From the sequence record ON000910.1: DNA of 64,000 nucleotides; one strand, 5' to 3'. The position numbers were made by a program, and so were the translations under genes. The notes beneath the pieces are model-generated. The model worked only from the letters and a program-made list of their open reading frames with translations. It was not told where the DNA came from and ran no database searches. Shown here one piece after another: positions 7,531-15,394 of this stretch (position 1 is the stretch's first letter; the number at the start of each line of letters is the position of its first letter).

Positions 7531-10224
7531 ATGTACGAAAGACTTAAACGTGACGGCGATTGGCTATTAATCTTTCGCCATGATTCAACAGGAGGTGTGT
7601 TTTTCACCTCCGATGCTGAAGCACGCAGCGTCGGGACAGATCCCGACGTTGAACAAAAATTCAGTGCGTTGAACTCACTTGAGGAATTTCGCCGTGAAGA
7701 CGGCAAATTCCAATTCAAGCTTCATTACCCAGAATTAGATGTAACAAACATTTGGAAGCAAAGCAGTAACTTTGCAGCTATTGATGTAGGTCAATATCTT
7801 ACAAACGGTAACTTAGCGGGTGGGGAATACGTCACTGAACAAAATGCAAAAATCGGTTCTTGGGTTATTGTTGAGAAAGAAAACCCAGGGTCATCAAAAT
7901 ACGTCGTTGAGCAACCGACTGCGGCACTAGAAGATCAATTACGTTTTCAAGTTCCACAATCACGTTTACTACCAAATAAAACATATACATTATCATGTTG
8001 GGTTGGGTATGAAGTAGACACTGATCACGATACGGCAGCTATATTTCACGCTCGTTGGTATGATGGTTCAAATAATGACTATACATTAGGCGAACATACT
8101 GCGGGTGATGTGTTTGAATCGGCAGGAAACGAGTTGATAGTTGACGGGATTCTTTGGAAGCGTCATTATGCTCGTTTCACAACGCCTAGTACTCTTTCAT
8201 CGAGTAGCATGTACTGGTATTGTTGTTATACAACTGATACAGGTAAATTACCAACAGGTAAGCGTTGGCTTACAAACTTCATGATTACAGACTCGCAAAT
8301 CGTCAAAAACTATACTGGCGATTACGACGCTACAACTCGCGGCGTTAGAGGCTATGAACCGATTTACATCGAAAGCACTGCAAATGATTGGGGTGGAATA
8401 GAATATAGCGTTTCAGCCAGTACGTTAGCAGACGGTTCAGTTGACATATCAAATTGGTATTGGGCTATTGGTGCAAAACGTTCTTGGCCAGACGCGACTA
8501 CTACATTCCCGGGACCTGGTATAAACGTAAATCAAGCTGAATTGTGGGTATATGCTCCTGTTGGTTCTAGAATCGGTGAATATGAAGTATCAGCTAGGCA
8601 TATCAGAGATTTTTCAAATAATAATATCAGACTGTTAGCAACAGGGGTCGCGGACGGAAGTTCAAACCTAGCATCATGTTATATAAACGATGTTAGCGTA
8701 TTCACACCCGAAGCTAAACAACAATATCAAGTTCGTTTGATTATATTCAACGACGATATGACAGTCAAAACTAATAGAAAATATCTTCTGAGTAGTTCTA
8801 CAGAACGTAGCAACTTCATCAACGGTCTGAACGGGTTAACAACAGAGCCGTTTGTTATTCTATCAAATGGGTCAATGTACGCAGATTCTGCGGTAGATGC
8901 TGCAATTCAACAGTATCACCCGATTGAGTATCGCGGTAGCTCTTACTTCAGTCAATACAGTTATAGTTACTGTGCATTCGGTACAGGTCAATTAGGTATT
9001 GTATATGATCGTTGTATGTTCGACCATGAATCTGATGGTGACAGTGTTGTTGATACTGCATTCGAAGATAAAGCAGGGATTGGTTCAAACGGGTACGGAA
9101 TTCCTCTAATCGAAACAATGACTGTTCCTACTGATACACGTCAACTTCTTTCAGATTATGGCGTGATAGACGGACAGTACTTGATTTACAAAGCTCGTGC
9201 ATGTATTGATCGAAATTCAGCAATCGCAAATGAAGACAAAATGGCGAATCTTCGATTCTACAACGTAGTTGGCGATGAAGTCGGCAGGCAGAATATTCAT
9301 TTTTACAGTGCAGAGAAAAAAGAAACTCAAGAATTTTTCGTACAAGTACCAACAGGTGCAGTTAAATTTGCAGTTTGGTCTAACTTACAACCAGAGTACT
9401 TTGATTACGTCATATTGACTAAAGGCGGAATGTCAACCCCGAGTGGTATACCTCATATGATTTCGAACATAAACGGTATCGCTGCTCAAGAGATTGTCAA
9501 TTCACCGATTACAGGTAACGTAGTTGATGACGATAGCTGGTGGCGAGCATATAACGCAGATTCAAACTTGTATGCAGGTATTAATATGCCAGTACAAGAA
9601 ATTGACAACGTTCAATGGGGTAATTATGTGCTTTCAGGCGGTGAAAAGTGTTTCACACGTACAGCAGGCTCATCATCTCCGATTGAAATGCAAGAAGTAT
9701 CAATCGACCCATCTCGACCATACTTCTTATCGTTATGGGTTAATGCTATAGACAAGCAAAATAGCTTCTTATATTTCAGTGTACGTGTCAAGAATTCATC
9801 TGGTGACTATAGAACTCTGAGATTATCAGACGGTAGTCGAACATCTACATATATCAATGTTGACAGAGTGTACGGGTTTCCTGCTTCAAACAATCAATGG
9901 GTTTTATTGCAGGGGTATATTCTACCACATGATTGGACAGATGCACAACATCAAGCGTTTGCTGATAAGTTTAACAACTATTTCGGTGTAATAAACCCAG
10001 AAGATGATCCGACATATCAGACATCAAAGGGTGTAGGTTATTACACCACAAACGCAGACAAGTCTTTTAGATGGAATGCTGATGATGATAAGTTGATACT
10101 TCGATACAAAGATGAAACAACCGTTGAAAATCAAGTAATGTGGGCTTTCCCAATTGTTACTGAAGTCAATGTTGCTAGTTCGTTTGAAGACAACTTCACT
10201 GCAATCGACTTTGCAATGAAATAA
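7531..10224 (+). CDS. gp35: Long tail fibre hinge gp35, with large N- and C-terminal extensions
   Basis: Central region (about aa 360-640) follows T4 gp35 (NNIRLLATG...LSDYGVIDGQYLIYKA...LRFYN...VQVPTGAV.F); directly after gene 34. Confidence 0.8.
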   Translation: MYERLKRDGDWLLIFRHDSTGGVFFTSDAEARSVGTDPDVEQKFSALNSLEEFRREDGKFQFKLHYPELDVTNIWKQSSNFAAIDVGQYLTNGNLAGGEYVTEQNAKIGSWVIVEKENPGSSKYVVEQPTAALEDQLRFQVPQSRLLPNKTYTLSCWVGYEVDTDHDTAAIFHARWYDGSNNDYTLGEHTAGDVFESAGNELIVDGILWKRHYARFTTPSTLSSSSMYWYCCYTTDTGKLPTGKRWLTNFMITDSQIVKNYTGDYDATTRGVRGYEPIYIESTANDWGGIEYSVSASTLADGSVDISNWYWAIGAKRSWPDATTTFPGPGINVNQAELWVYAPVGSRIGEYEVSARHIRDFSNNNIRLLATGVADGSSNLASCYINDVSVFTPEAKQQYQVRLIIFNDDMTVKTNRKYLLSSSTERSNFINGLNGLTTEPFVILSNGSMYADSAVDAAIQQYHPIEYRGSSYFSQYSYSYCAFGTGQLGIVYDRCMFDHESDGDSVVDTAFEDKAGIGSNGYGIPLIETMTVPTDTRQLLSDYGVIDGQYLIYKARACIDRNSAIANEDKMANLRFYNVVGDEVGRQNIHFYSAEKKETQEFFVQVPTGAVKFAVWSNLQPEYFDYVILTKGGMSTPSGIPHMISNINGIAAQEIVNSPITGNVVDDDSWWRAYNADSNLYAGINMPVQEIDNVQWGNYVLSGGEKCFTRTAGSSSPIEMQEVSIDPSRPYFLSLWVNAIDKQNSFLYFSVRVKNSSGDYRTLRLSDGSRTSTYINVDRVYGFPASNNQWVLLQGYILPHDWTDAQHQAFADKFNNYFGVINPEDDPTYQTSKGVGYYTTNADKSFRWNADDDKLILRYKDETTVENQVMWAFPIVTEVNVASSFEDNFTAIDFAMK

Positions 10225-10248
10225 AAGAGCCCTTCGGGGCTTTTTTTA
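10225..10248 (+). terminator. Intrinsic terminator after gene 35
   Basis: GAGCCC-TTCG-GGGCTT stem with UUCG loop, then a T run. Confidence 0.88.
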
Positions 10249-10251
10249 TAC

Positions 10252-10343
10252 GCGAAGCGAAAAACGGTAAGAGGCGGAAAAATTCCGTCTCATCTTAGTA
10301 GTATTAGTGGTTTTAGTGATATTAGAAGTATTAGAGGGATTAG
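10252..10343 (+). repeat. Hairpin plus 6x TTAG (9-bp period) element, copy 1
   Basis: GCGAAGCG at 10252; hairpin 10271-10291; TTAG at 10295, 10304, 10313, 10322, 10331, 10340. Confidence 0.95.
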
Positions 10344-10344
10344 T

Positions 10345-10374
10345 GTTTAAGCAACCAATGATGAAATGTATACT
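10345..10374 (+). promoter_or_regulatory. Putative promoter GTTTAA-N18-TATACT upstream of uvsY
   Basis: -35-like GTTTAA 10345-10350; -10 TATACT 10369-10374. Confidence 0.6.
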
Positions 10375-10392
10375 TGATGACGCGAGGTTATT

Positions 10393-10806
10393 ATGAAGCT
10401 ACAAGATTTAAAAATTGAATATCACGAAGACGTGAAAATTGACACAACTGCTTTAGAAACAGCAGCTATTCGAATTCCCGTTCTTCATGCGAAGTGGCTT
10501 GCATACCGAGCCGATGCAAGACAACTACTTATCAAAGCTGAAATGAAAATGGAAGCTGTGAGAAAAGACCGCTGGCTCTTTTATAGCGGCAAACATGACG
10601 ATGAAGTTTGTGATTTCATCGTAGAAAAGAGTGAAATGAAATATGCTCTTGCGGGTGATGAATATCTTCAACGTGCAATTGCTACTTTTCAACACATGAA
10701 AGATGTGTTATCATTCATCGAAGAAGCTTTGAAAGGCATTAGTCAAATGGGCTTCACAATCAAACACATTATTGACAACAGAAAAATTGAGAGTGGTATA
10801 GTATGA
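10393..10806 (+). CDS. uvsY: Recombination mediator UvsY
   Basis: MKLQDL...EDVKIDTT.LE..A..IP.L.AKW...YSGK...KSEMK...GDE; 137 aa as in T4. Confidence 0.93.
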   Translation: MKLQDLKIEYHEDVKIDTTALETAAIRIPVLHAKWLAYRADARQLLIKAEMKMEAVRKDRWLFYSGKHDDEVCDFIVEKSEMKYALAGDEYLQRAIATFQHMKDVLSFIEEALKGISQMGFTIKHIIDNRKIESGIV

Positions 10807-11216
10807 TCATCGAAACAATTAAAACAACACGCCTACAAGCTCGTAAAGACCGTAACAACGCAGTTGCGTCTGTACTCGGTGTCATTATGGGTGAACTTGA
10901 CCGTCGTCAACAACACGATGACGAGTCTTGCATCAAAGTAATCTCAAGCGCGATTGACAACAACAAACTTGCTCTTGAACACGCACAAGGCGATCATGTA
11001 GACATTCTGAACGCAGAAAACGCAGTTCTTGAGTCTCTACTACCTGCAAAAATCTCTGAATCAGATCTAGACACGTTCGTTTCTAACTTTGTTCTAGAAA
11101 CTGGTGCTGATTCTATGCGTGACATGGGTAAACTAATGGGCGCTCTAAAAGCTACAGGTAAAGTTTTCGATGGTGGTAAAGCGTCTCAGTTGTTCAAACT
11201 AGCAATCGGTCTGTAA
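10803..11216 (+). CDS. YqeY/GatB-like protein
   Basis: N-terminal (M)K.K....L......E and C-terminal ENAVLESLLP..S...GA.SMRDMGKLMGALK...DGGKASQL, characteristic of YqeY. Confidence 0.8.
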   Translation: MIIETIKTTRLQARKDRNNAVASVLGVIMGELDRRQQHDDESCIKVISSAIDNNKLALEHAQGDHVDILNAENAVLESLLPAKISESDLDTFVSNFVLETGADSMRDMGKLMGALKATGKVFDGGKASQLFKLAIGL

Positions 11217-11217
11217 T

Positions 11218-11382
11218 ATGCAGACTGATTACATTAAATACAAAGTAGTGCATGGCAATAATTCAAGAACTTTTGAAGAAGAAGTGCAGAAACTACTTAA
11301 CGAGGGATGGGAACTTCATGGCTCTTTACAAGTCGATGGGTTTTATCTCTATCAATCACTTATAAAAAAGGGGTTAGACTAA
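11218..11382 (+). CDS. Small protein (54 aa), DUF1737-like
   Basis: Hand-translated: MQTDYIKYKVVHGNNSRTFEEEVQKLLNEGWELHGSLQVDGFYLYQSLIKKGLD; coupled to both neighbours; V..LL.EGW.L.G motif. Confidence 0.65.
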   Translation: MQTDYIKYKVVHGNNSRTFEEEVQKLLNEGWELHGSLQVDGFYLYQSLIKKGLD

Positions 11383-11552
11383 TGGCACATTGTGTTGTAT
11401 GTAAACAACCTATTAAAGAAGGCGATGTCACTATTGATACGCCACAAGGCACAGTTCACGCAGGTCAATGTCAGCAACATTTATCAGAAATGTCTATTTC
11501 TGAGTCTGGTGGCGAAACGCAACTTGTAGAAACACAACTACTAAACGGGTAA
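11382..11552 (+). CDS. uvsY.-2: UvsY.-2-like small protein
   Basis: MAHCVVCKQPI...DTPQG.VH.G.C...ISES...L.ETQLL matches T4 UvsY.-2; start trimmed to 11382. Confidence 0.8.
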   Translation: MAHCVVCKQPIKEGDVTIDTPQGTVHAGQCQQHLSEMSISESGGETQLVETQLLNG

Positions 11553-11556
11553 AGAT

Positions 11557-11667
11557 ATGAGTAAGAATCGTAAACGAGATCGCGGGTTCTTCGACTGGCT
11601 ATGGGCGCCATTTGAATTATTTTTTGAGTTAATCGGTGCGATTCTCTCAGCAATCTTTTCAGACTAA
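11557..11667 (+). CDS. 36-aa hydrophobic peptide
   Basis: MSKNRKRDRGFFDWLWAPFELFFELIGAILSAIFSD; starts 4 bp after the previous stop and ends at a terminator. Confidence 0.55.
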   Translation: MSKNRKRDRGFFDWLWAPFELFFELIGAILSAIFSD

Positions 11668-11668
11668 T

Positions 11669-11696
11669 AAAAAAGGGAGCAAATTGCTCCCTTTTT
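11669..11696. terminator. Bidirectional terminator between the uvsY operon and uvsW
   Basis: A run, GGGAGC-AAATT-GCTCCC stem, T run, between convergent genes. Confidence 0.85.
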
Positions 11697-11701
11697 CGTA
11701 T

Positions 11702-13234
11702 CTATGCGGCAAGATCTACTTTCTTGACTGCGTATTTGAACTCTTCTTGGTTGTAAAGCTCAATACGTTGCATACCATGCTTTAGCGTATAGTTAACATG
11801 ACTATATGGATTCTTAGCATTCTTGCGCTTTGACTTGACACCCAAATTATCAATAATGTCAAACAATTTTGCAGTAACTTTAGAACCGTGCTTACGAAGA
11901 ATACGCCCAATACTTTGCAGCGTGAGTATTTTTGATTTTGTGGGATGTGCGTAAATTACGTTGTGTAGTTTCTTGATACTGATACCAGTCGAGAATACAC
12001 CATACGATGCTACGATAATAGCCCCGTCAATATCTTCTGCAATCTTCTTAACATGCGTACGGTCGTCAGTTTTAGTTTCACCAGATACGTAGAACACTTT
12101 CTCTGGGTCATATACGCTCTTCAACGCTTCGTAAAGTAATTTACCGTGTTTGATGTTCTTGAACAACAATAACGTATTCTCACCTTTCTTCGCGCTTAAA
12201 TGATGCGCAAGCTTAATCAAGTAACGATTTCGCTGCTTGTTCTCAAGAATGAATTTCATCTCTTCTTGATATGAACTACCTTTCATTTCGTCACGTAACG
12301 GCTGTGGGTATTCAAGCATTAAACAGTTTATCTTCAGATCTGTTACTTGCCCTTCTTCCATTAGCTGTGCAGTTGAAACAGGTCGGAAAATATCACCGAA
12401 TGAACCAACGTACTGTAGAATATTCGCTTTACCGTCTCGAAGTGAGCCAGTAAGACCGATTTTGTATTCACAGTTTGTCATTTTCTTGATTATACCGTCT
12501 AATGACTTACCTGTTGCCAAGTGACACTCATCGACTAAAAGCATACCGAATTGGTCAAACCATTCTTTCGGTTGTTTTACAGCAGATTGCCATGTAGATA
12601 CAACGATTCGGCAGTCACCGATTGCGTCTCGATCAACCCCACCACGAATTTGATAAATGTCGTTGTGTTCGAATAAACGATAATCTAAGAAGTCATCGCG
12701 CATTTGCTGAACAAGTGCAGTTGTAGGTACAATCACTAATACTTTCTGAAGTTCGTGCTCTTCTTGTGCTAAGAACCATTTAGTAATCAGCGACTGAATT
12801 AATGATTTACCCGCTGATGTTGGTAGATTCAATAGACTGTGTTGATTGTTAATTCCGTGAAACACAGAGTCCATCTGATACCAATACGGTGAAATCTTAT
12901 TCGACCCTGAGTAGATGTCAATAGACTCAACCCATGCTTCGAAATCTTCACGAGAAATTTTCTCAATCGGATCTAGCATTGGATCGGTTTCAATCGTATA
13001 CATCATATTTGATGCAAACGCTTTAGCTTGTCCGACTAGACCGTATGGCAATAGACCTTGATACGTCATTAGTCGAATTTTGCCATCCCATATGCCTGCC
13101 TTGAACTTCGGGTTGAATTTGTACCCGTCAGTCAAGAATGAAAAATAATCAATCATTTCATGAGTGATGCTTGGCTCGGCAACTACTCGTGCATAACTTT
13201 CGTCATGGTATTCAATTTTAATATCACTCATCAT
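11702..13234 (-). CDS. uvsW: SF2 RNA-DNA/DNA-DNA helicase UvsW
   Basis: LPTSAGKS, VPTTALVQQM, STWQS, VDECH, GLTGSL, STGISIKKLH, QSIGRILR motifs. Confidence 0.96.
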   Translation of the reverse strand: MMSDIKIEYHDESYARVVAEPSITHEMIDYFSFLTDGYKFNPKFKAGIWDGKIRLMTYQGLLPYGLVGQAKAFASNMMYTIETDPMLDPIEKISREDFEAWVESIDIYSGSNKISPYWYQMDSVFHGINNQHSLLNLPTSAGKSLIQSLITKWFLAQEEHELQKVLVIVPTTALVQQMRDDFLDYRLFEHNDIYQIRGGVDRDAIGDCRIVVSTWQSAVKQPKEWFDQFGMLLVDECHLATGKSLDGIIKKMTNCEYKIGLTGSLRDGKANILQYVGSFGDIFRPVSTAQLMEEGQVTDLKINCLMLEYPQPLRDEMKGSSYQEEMKFILENKQRNRYLIKLAHHLSAKKGENTLLLFKNIKHGKLLYEALKSVYDPEKVFYVSGETKTDDRTHVKKIAEDIDGAIIVASYGVFSTGISIKKLHNVIYAHPTKSKILTLQSIGRILRKHGSKVTAKLFDIIDNLGVKSKRKNAKNPYSHVNYTLKHGMQRIELYNQEEFKYAVKKVDLAA

Positions 13235-13760
13235 TAATTTCTCTGTGTTTGCAGTTATCAAAATGCCAACGCTTCATATTGGCGAGTTGTGCGGTTTTAT
13301 TACAATGTGGGCATGTTGCGGTCAATTTATTTGCTTCTAACTCGCGCCCTTTTAATTTAATCGAATTCTTTTTGCCTATTTTATTCTTTGCTTCGGCAGT
13401 GTGTGTCTTCCCGTAGAAGTGATTCTTATCACCTGATTGTGATTTGGACATCACCTCACGTGTTTTGCTGCTATGTTCAAAGCACGTATCGCCACCAGTT
13501 CTGATGTTGTAGCTATCATCACTTTCACAAAACTCTCGCGTGACGATCTCAGCCTCTAAATTTGCTGCGTCTTCTCGGTTGTCAAATTCTGCTATCACAC
13601 GTCTAGTGAATTCACTCTTCCCATGCTTGCGTATTGCATTTTTGATATGTATCCCAGAACCGAAATAATTTGTATCTAAGAATTCACAATCACATGAGTG
13701 TATACCGACGTATATTCGATTTGTTTTTGTATGTCGTATTTCATACACAAAATGTCTCAT
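13224..13760 (-). mobile_element. Free-standing GIY-YIG (Seg-like) homing endonuclease with NUMOD3-like and Cys/His C-terminal motifs
   Basis: FVY...IYVGIH...YFGSG...AIRKHG...E...YN..TGG; HSSKTREVMSKSQ.G.KNHFYGKTH; CPHC...MKRWHFDNC. Confidence 0.88.
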
Positions 13761-13783
13761 GAGTACCCTCTATGCGAGTTTTG

Positions 13784-13809
13784 TCTAAATATGTATAACT
13801 GTATTTATA
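13784..13809. promoter_or_regulatory. Divergent late promoters (TCTAAATA on +, TATAAATA on -)
   Basis: + 13784-13791 precedes ORF 13823; - 13802-13809 precedes the endonuclease/uvsW. Confidence 0.65.
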
Positions 13810-13822
13810 GAGGTCTAAATTC

Positions 13823-14032
13823 ATGACAAGAGACGAAATGTTTTACAAGATGAAAGATGGTTGCTTTAAGTTTGAGCATAAAGGCAAGAAATATCACGCG
13901 ACTTTATGCAAGCATTATCTACCACATCTTGATTGCAATCGAGAAGAACAACGTAAAAATGAAAACGGTGCAGATAATGAACTTACATTTTTCGATTTAA
14001 ATCGAAATGTGTGGGTAACAATTGAATGCTAA
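13823..14032 (+). CDS. Hypothetical protein, possibly WYL_2/DUF2693-like SH3 fold
   Basis: 69 aa with GAGG RBS; F.FE...Y.ATL...LTFFDL....W pattern. Confidence 0.5.
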   Translation: MTRDEMFYKMKDGCFKFEHKGKKYHATLCKHYLPHLDCNREEQRKNENGADNELTFFDLNRNVWVTIEC

Positions 14033-14041
14033 GGTAAAACT

Positions 14042-14554
14042 ATGATTAAAGAATATCTAAAGAAACAAACCAAGCGCGTAGTTGCAGAATTTGCAAAAGA
14101 GTACTACGACATCGAACTTGATAAATCGCTGACTAAAAGCAAGATGATCGACGAGTTATTCACACACGAGCTACGCGAGGTTAAAGAACTACCACTAGAA
14201 TGCTCTGTAATCGAGTCTGAGACGCGCTGTGAATCAGTCGATGAATCGGACGCGATTGTAGTCAAAGAGCTTTCAGACGACGTTAAGAAAGAATTAGAAG
14301 GTGTTTCTGCTAATGCCCCTTTAGGTGATGAAAACGTAACATTAGTAATCAAGGACGAATTCAAGCCTAAATGGATGCCTACTTATCGCCGTGGTGATGA
14401 GCTATATCAGCCAGTTGCGCATGATGTGATTCATGATTGGAATATAGGTCGACGCGACTCTCACGAATTGAAGACGATTGAATATTGGGTTAAGCGAAAT
14501 GGTCATCTTTTAGTTCACGACCGTCTTTCGAACAGCTTCATTTATCTGAGGTAA
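14042..14554 (+). CDS. inh: Prohead protease inhibitor Inh, paralogue 1
   Basis: EFAKEYYDIELDKSLTKSKMI, F.PKW.P, IEYWVKRNG.LLV.DR.SNSF. Confidence 0.75.
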   Translation: MIKEYLKKQTKRVVAEFAKEYYDIELDKSLTKSKMIDELFTHELREVKELPLECSVIESETRCESVDESDAIVVKELSDDVKKELEGVSANAPLGDENVTLVIKDEFKPKWMPTYRRGDELYQPVAHDVIHDWNIGRRDSHELKTIEYWVKRNGHLLVHDRLSNSFIYLR

Positions 14555-14557
14555 TTT

Positions 14558-15046
14558 ATGTTACGATTTAATGAATATGAAAACACGCTTTACGGTATCG
14601 AACTGAGTTTATCACTTGAAGAGGGGTGGGGTAATCATAACCTAGCCAAACTAATCCCTGAGCCGAAAATCGATGAGTTACTAGAAACGAAACCGAAGCA
14701 CCCGTGGAAGATTGCTGCGAATGCTGCTCAATACCAGAACTTGCTCTTCAATATTGATTCAAGCCGAATCGTATTCAAGAACACTGTATATCAAGTTGCG
14801 TATCTAGGTAACTTATACCCGCCAGAAGAAGTCGGTAAACCTGAAGGTGGGTATAAGTTCGCAGTTAAAAAGTCGATTTATCACTCACACCCTAGTAGTG
14901 AATTTTATTCAGGGAAAAACCCAAAAGACCCTAAGTTAAATGATACTATTTCATTGGTCTGGTGGTTTCAGAGAGGTACAATCGTATTCGACTTATGGAA
15001 GCATAGCGAATATGATGAAAAACTTGAGAGATGGCGAAGAAAGTAG
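14558..15046 (+). CDS. Hypothetical protein, candidate internal head protein
   Basis: Late operon; N-terminus MLRFNEY...LSLEE resembles a capsid-targeting and gp21-cleavage leader. Confidence 0.6.
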   Translation: MLRFNEYENTLYGIELSLSLEEGWGNHNLAKLIPEPKIDELLETKPKHPWKIAANAAQYQNLLFNIDSSRIVFKNTVYQVAYLGNLYPPEEVGKPEGGYKFAVKKSIYHSHPSSEFYSGKNPKDPKLNDTISLVWWFQRGTIVFDLWKHSEYDEKLERWRRK

Positions 15047-15075
15047 TTGACAACTCAAATGTTTTTGCTTATTAT
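15047..15075 (+). promoter_or_regulatory. Sigma70-like early promoter
   Basis: TTGACA-N17-TATTAT. Confidence 0.82.
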
Positions 15076-15112
15076 AGTCATCGTTAACACAACATAACTA
15101 AGAGAGCAGAAT

Positions 15113-15379
15113 ATGAACAAACTCGAAACAGCTTTTGCTGAACATAACGCTGTACAAGTTCCTGTTGAAAAACCTAGAGAGTTTTATACACCGTGTGGCG
15201 TTAAATTCACAACTGAACCGATGTTTAATACTGCAACTGGTAAATATGACAGTATTTTATATTCATTTGATACTGGTGAAAAAATAATTGTTGACGATGA
15301 ACTTGACAGCTTTCATGAAGCATATCAAGAATTCACTGGCAAGACATTCATGGCTATTCAAGAGCCAATCGTAATTTAA
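15113..15379 (+). CDS. Hypothetical early protein (88 aa)
   Basis: First ORF after the early promoter; AAGAGAG RBS. Confidence 0.7.
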   Translation: MNKLETAFAEHNAVQVPVEKPREFYTPCGVKFTTEPMFNTATGKYDSILYSFDTGEKIIVDDELDSFHEAYQEFTGKTFMAIQEPIVI

Positions 15380-15394
15380 TGAGAGAAATATATT

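Noticed and set aside
10295-10343. TTAG array as a CRISPR-like array
   Set aside because: 4-nt unit with 5-nt linkers, no unique spacers, no cas genes.
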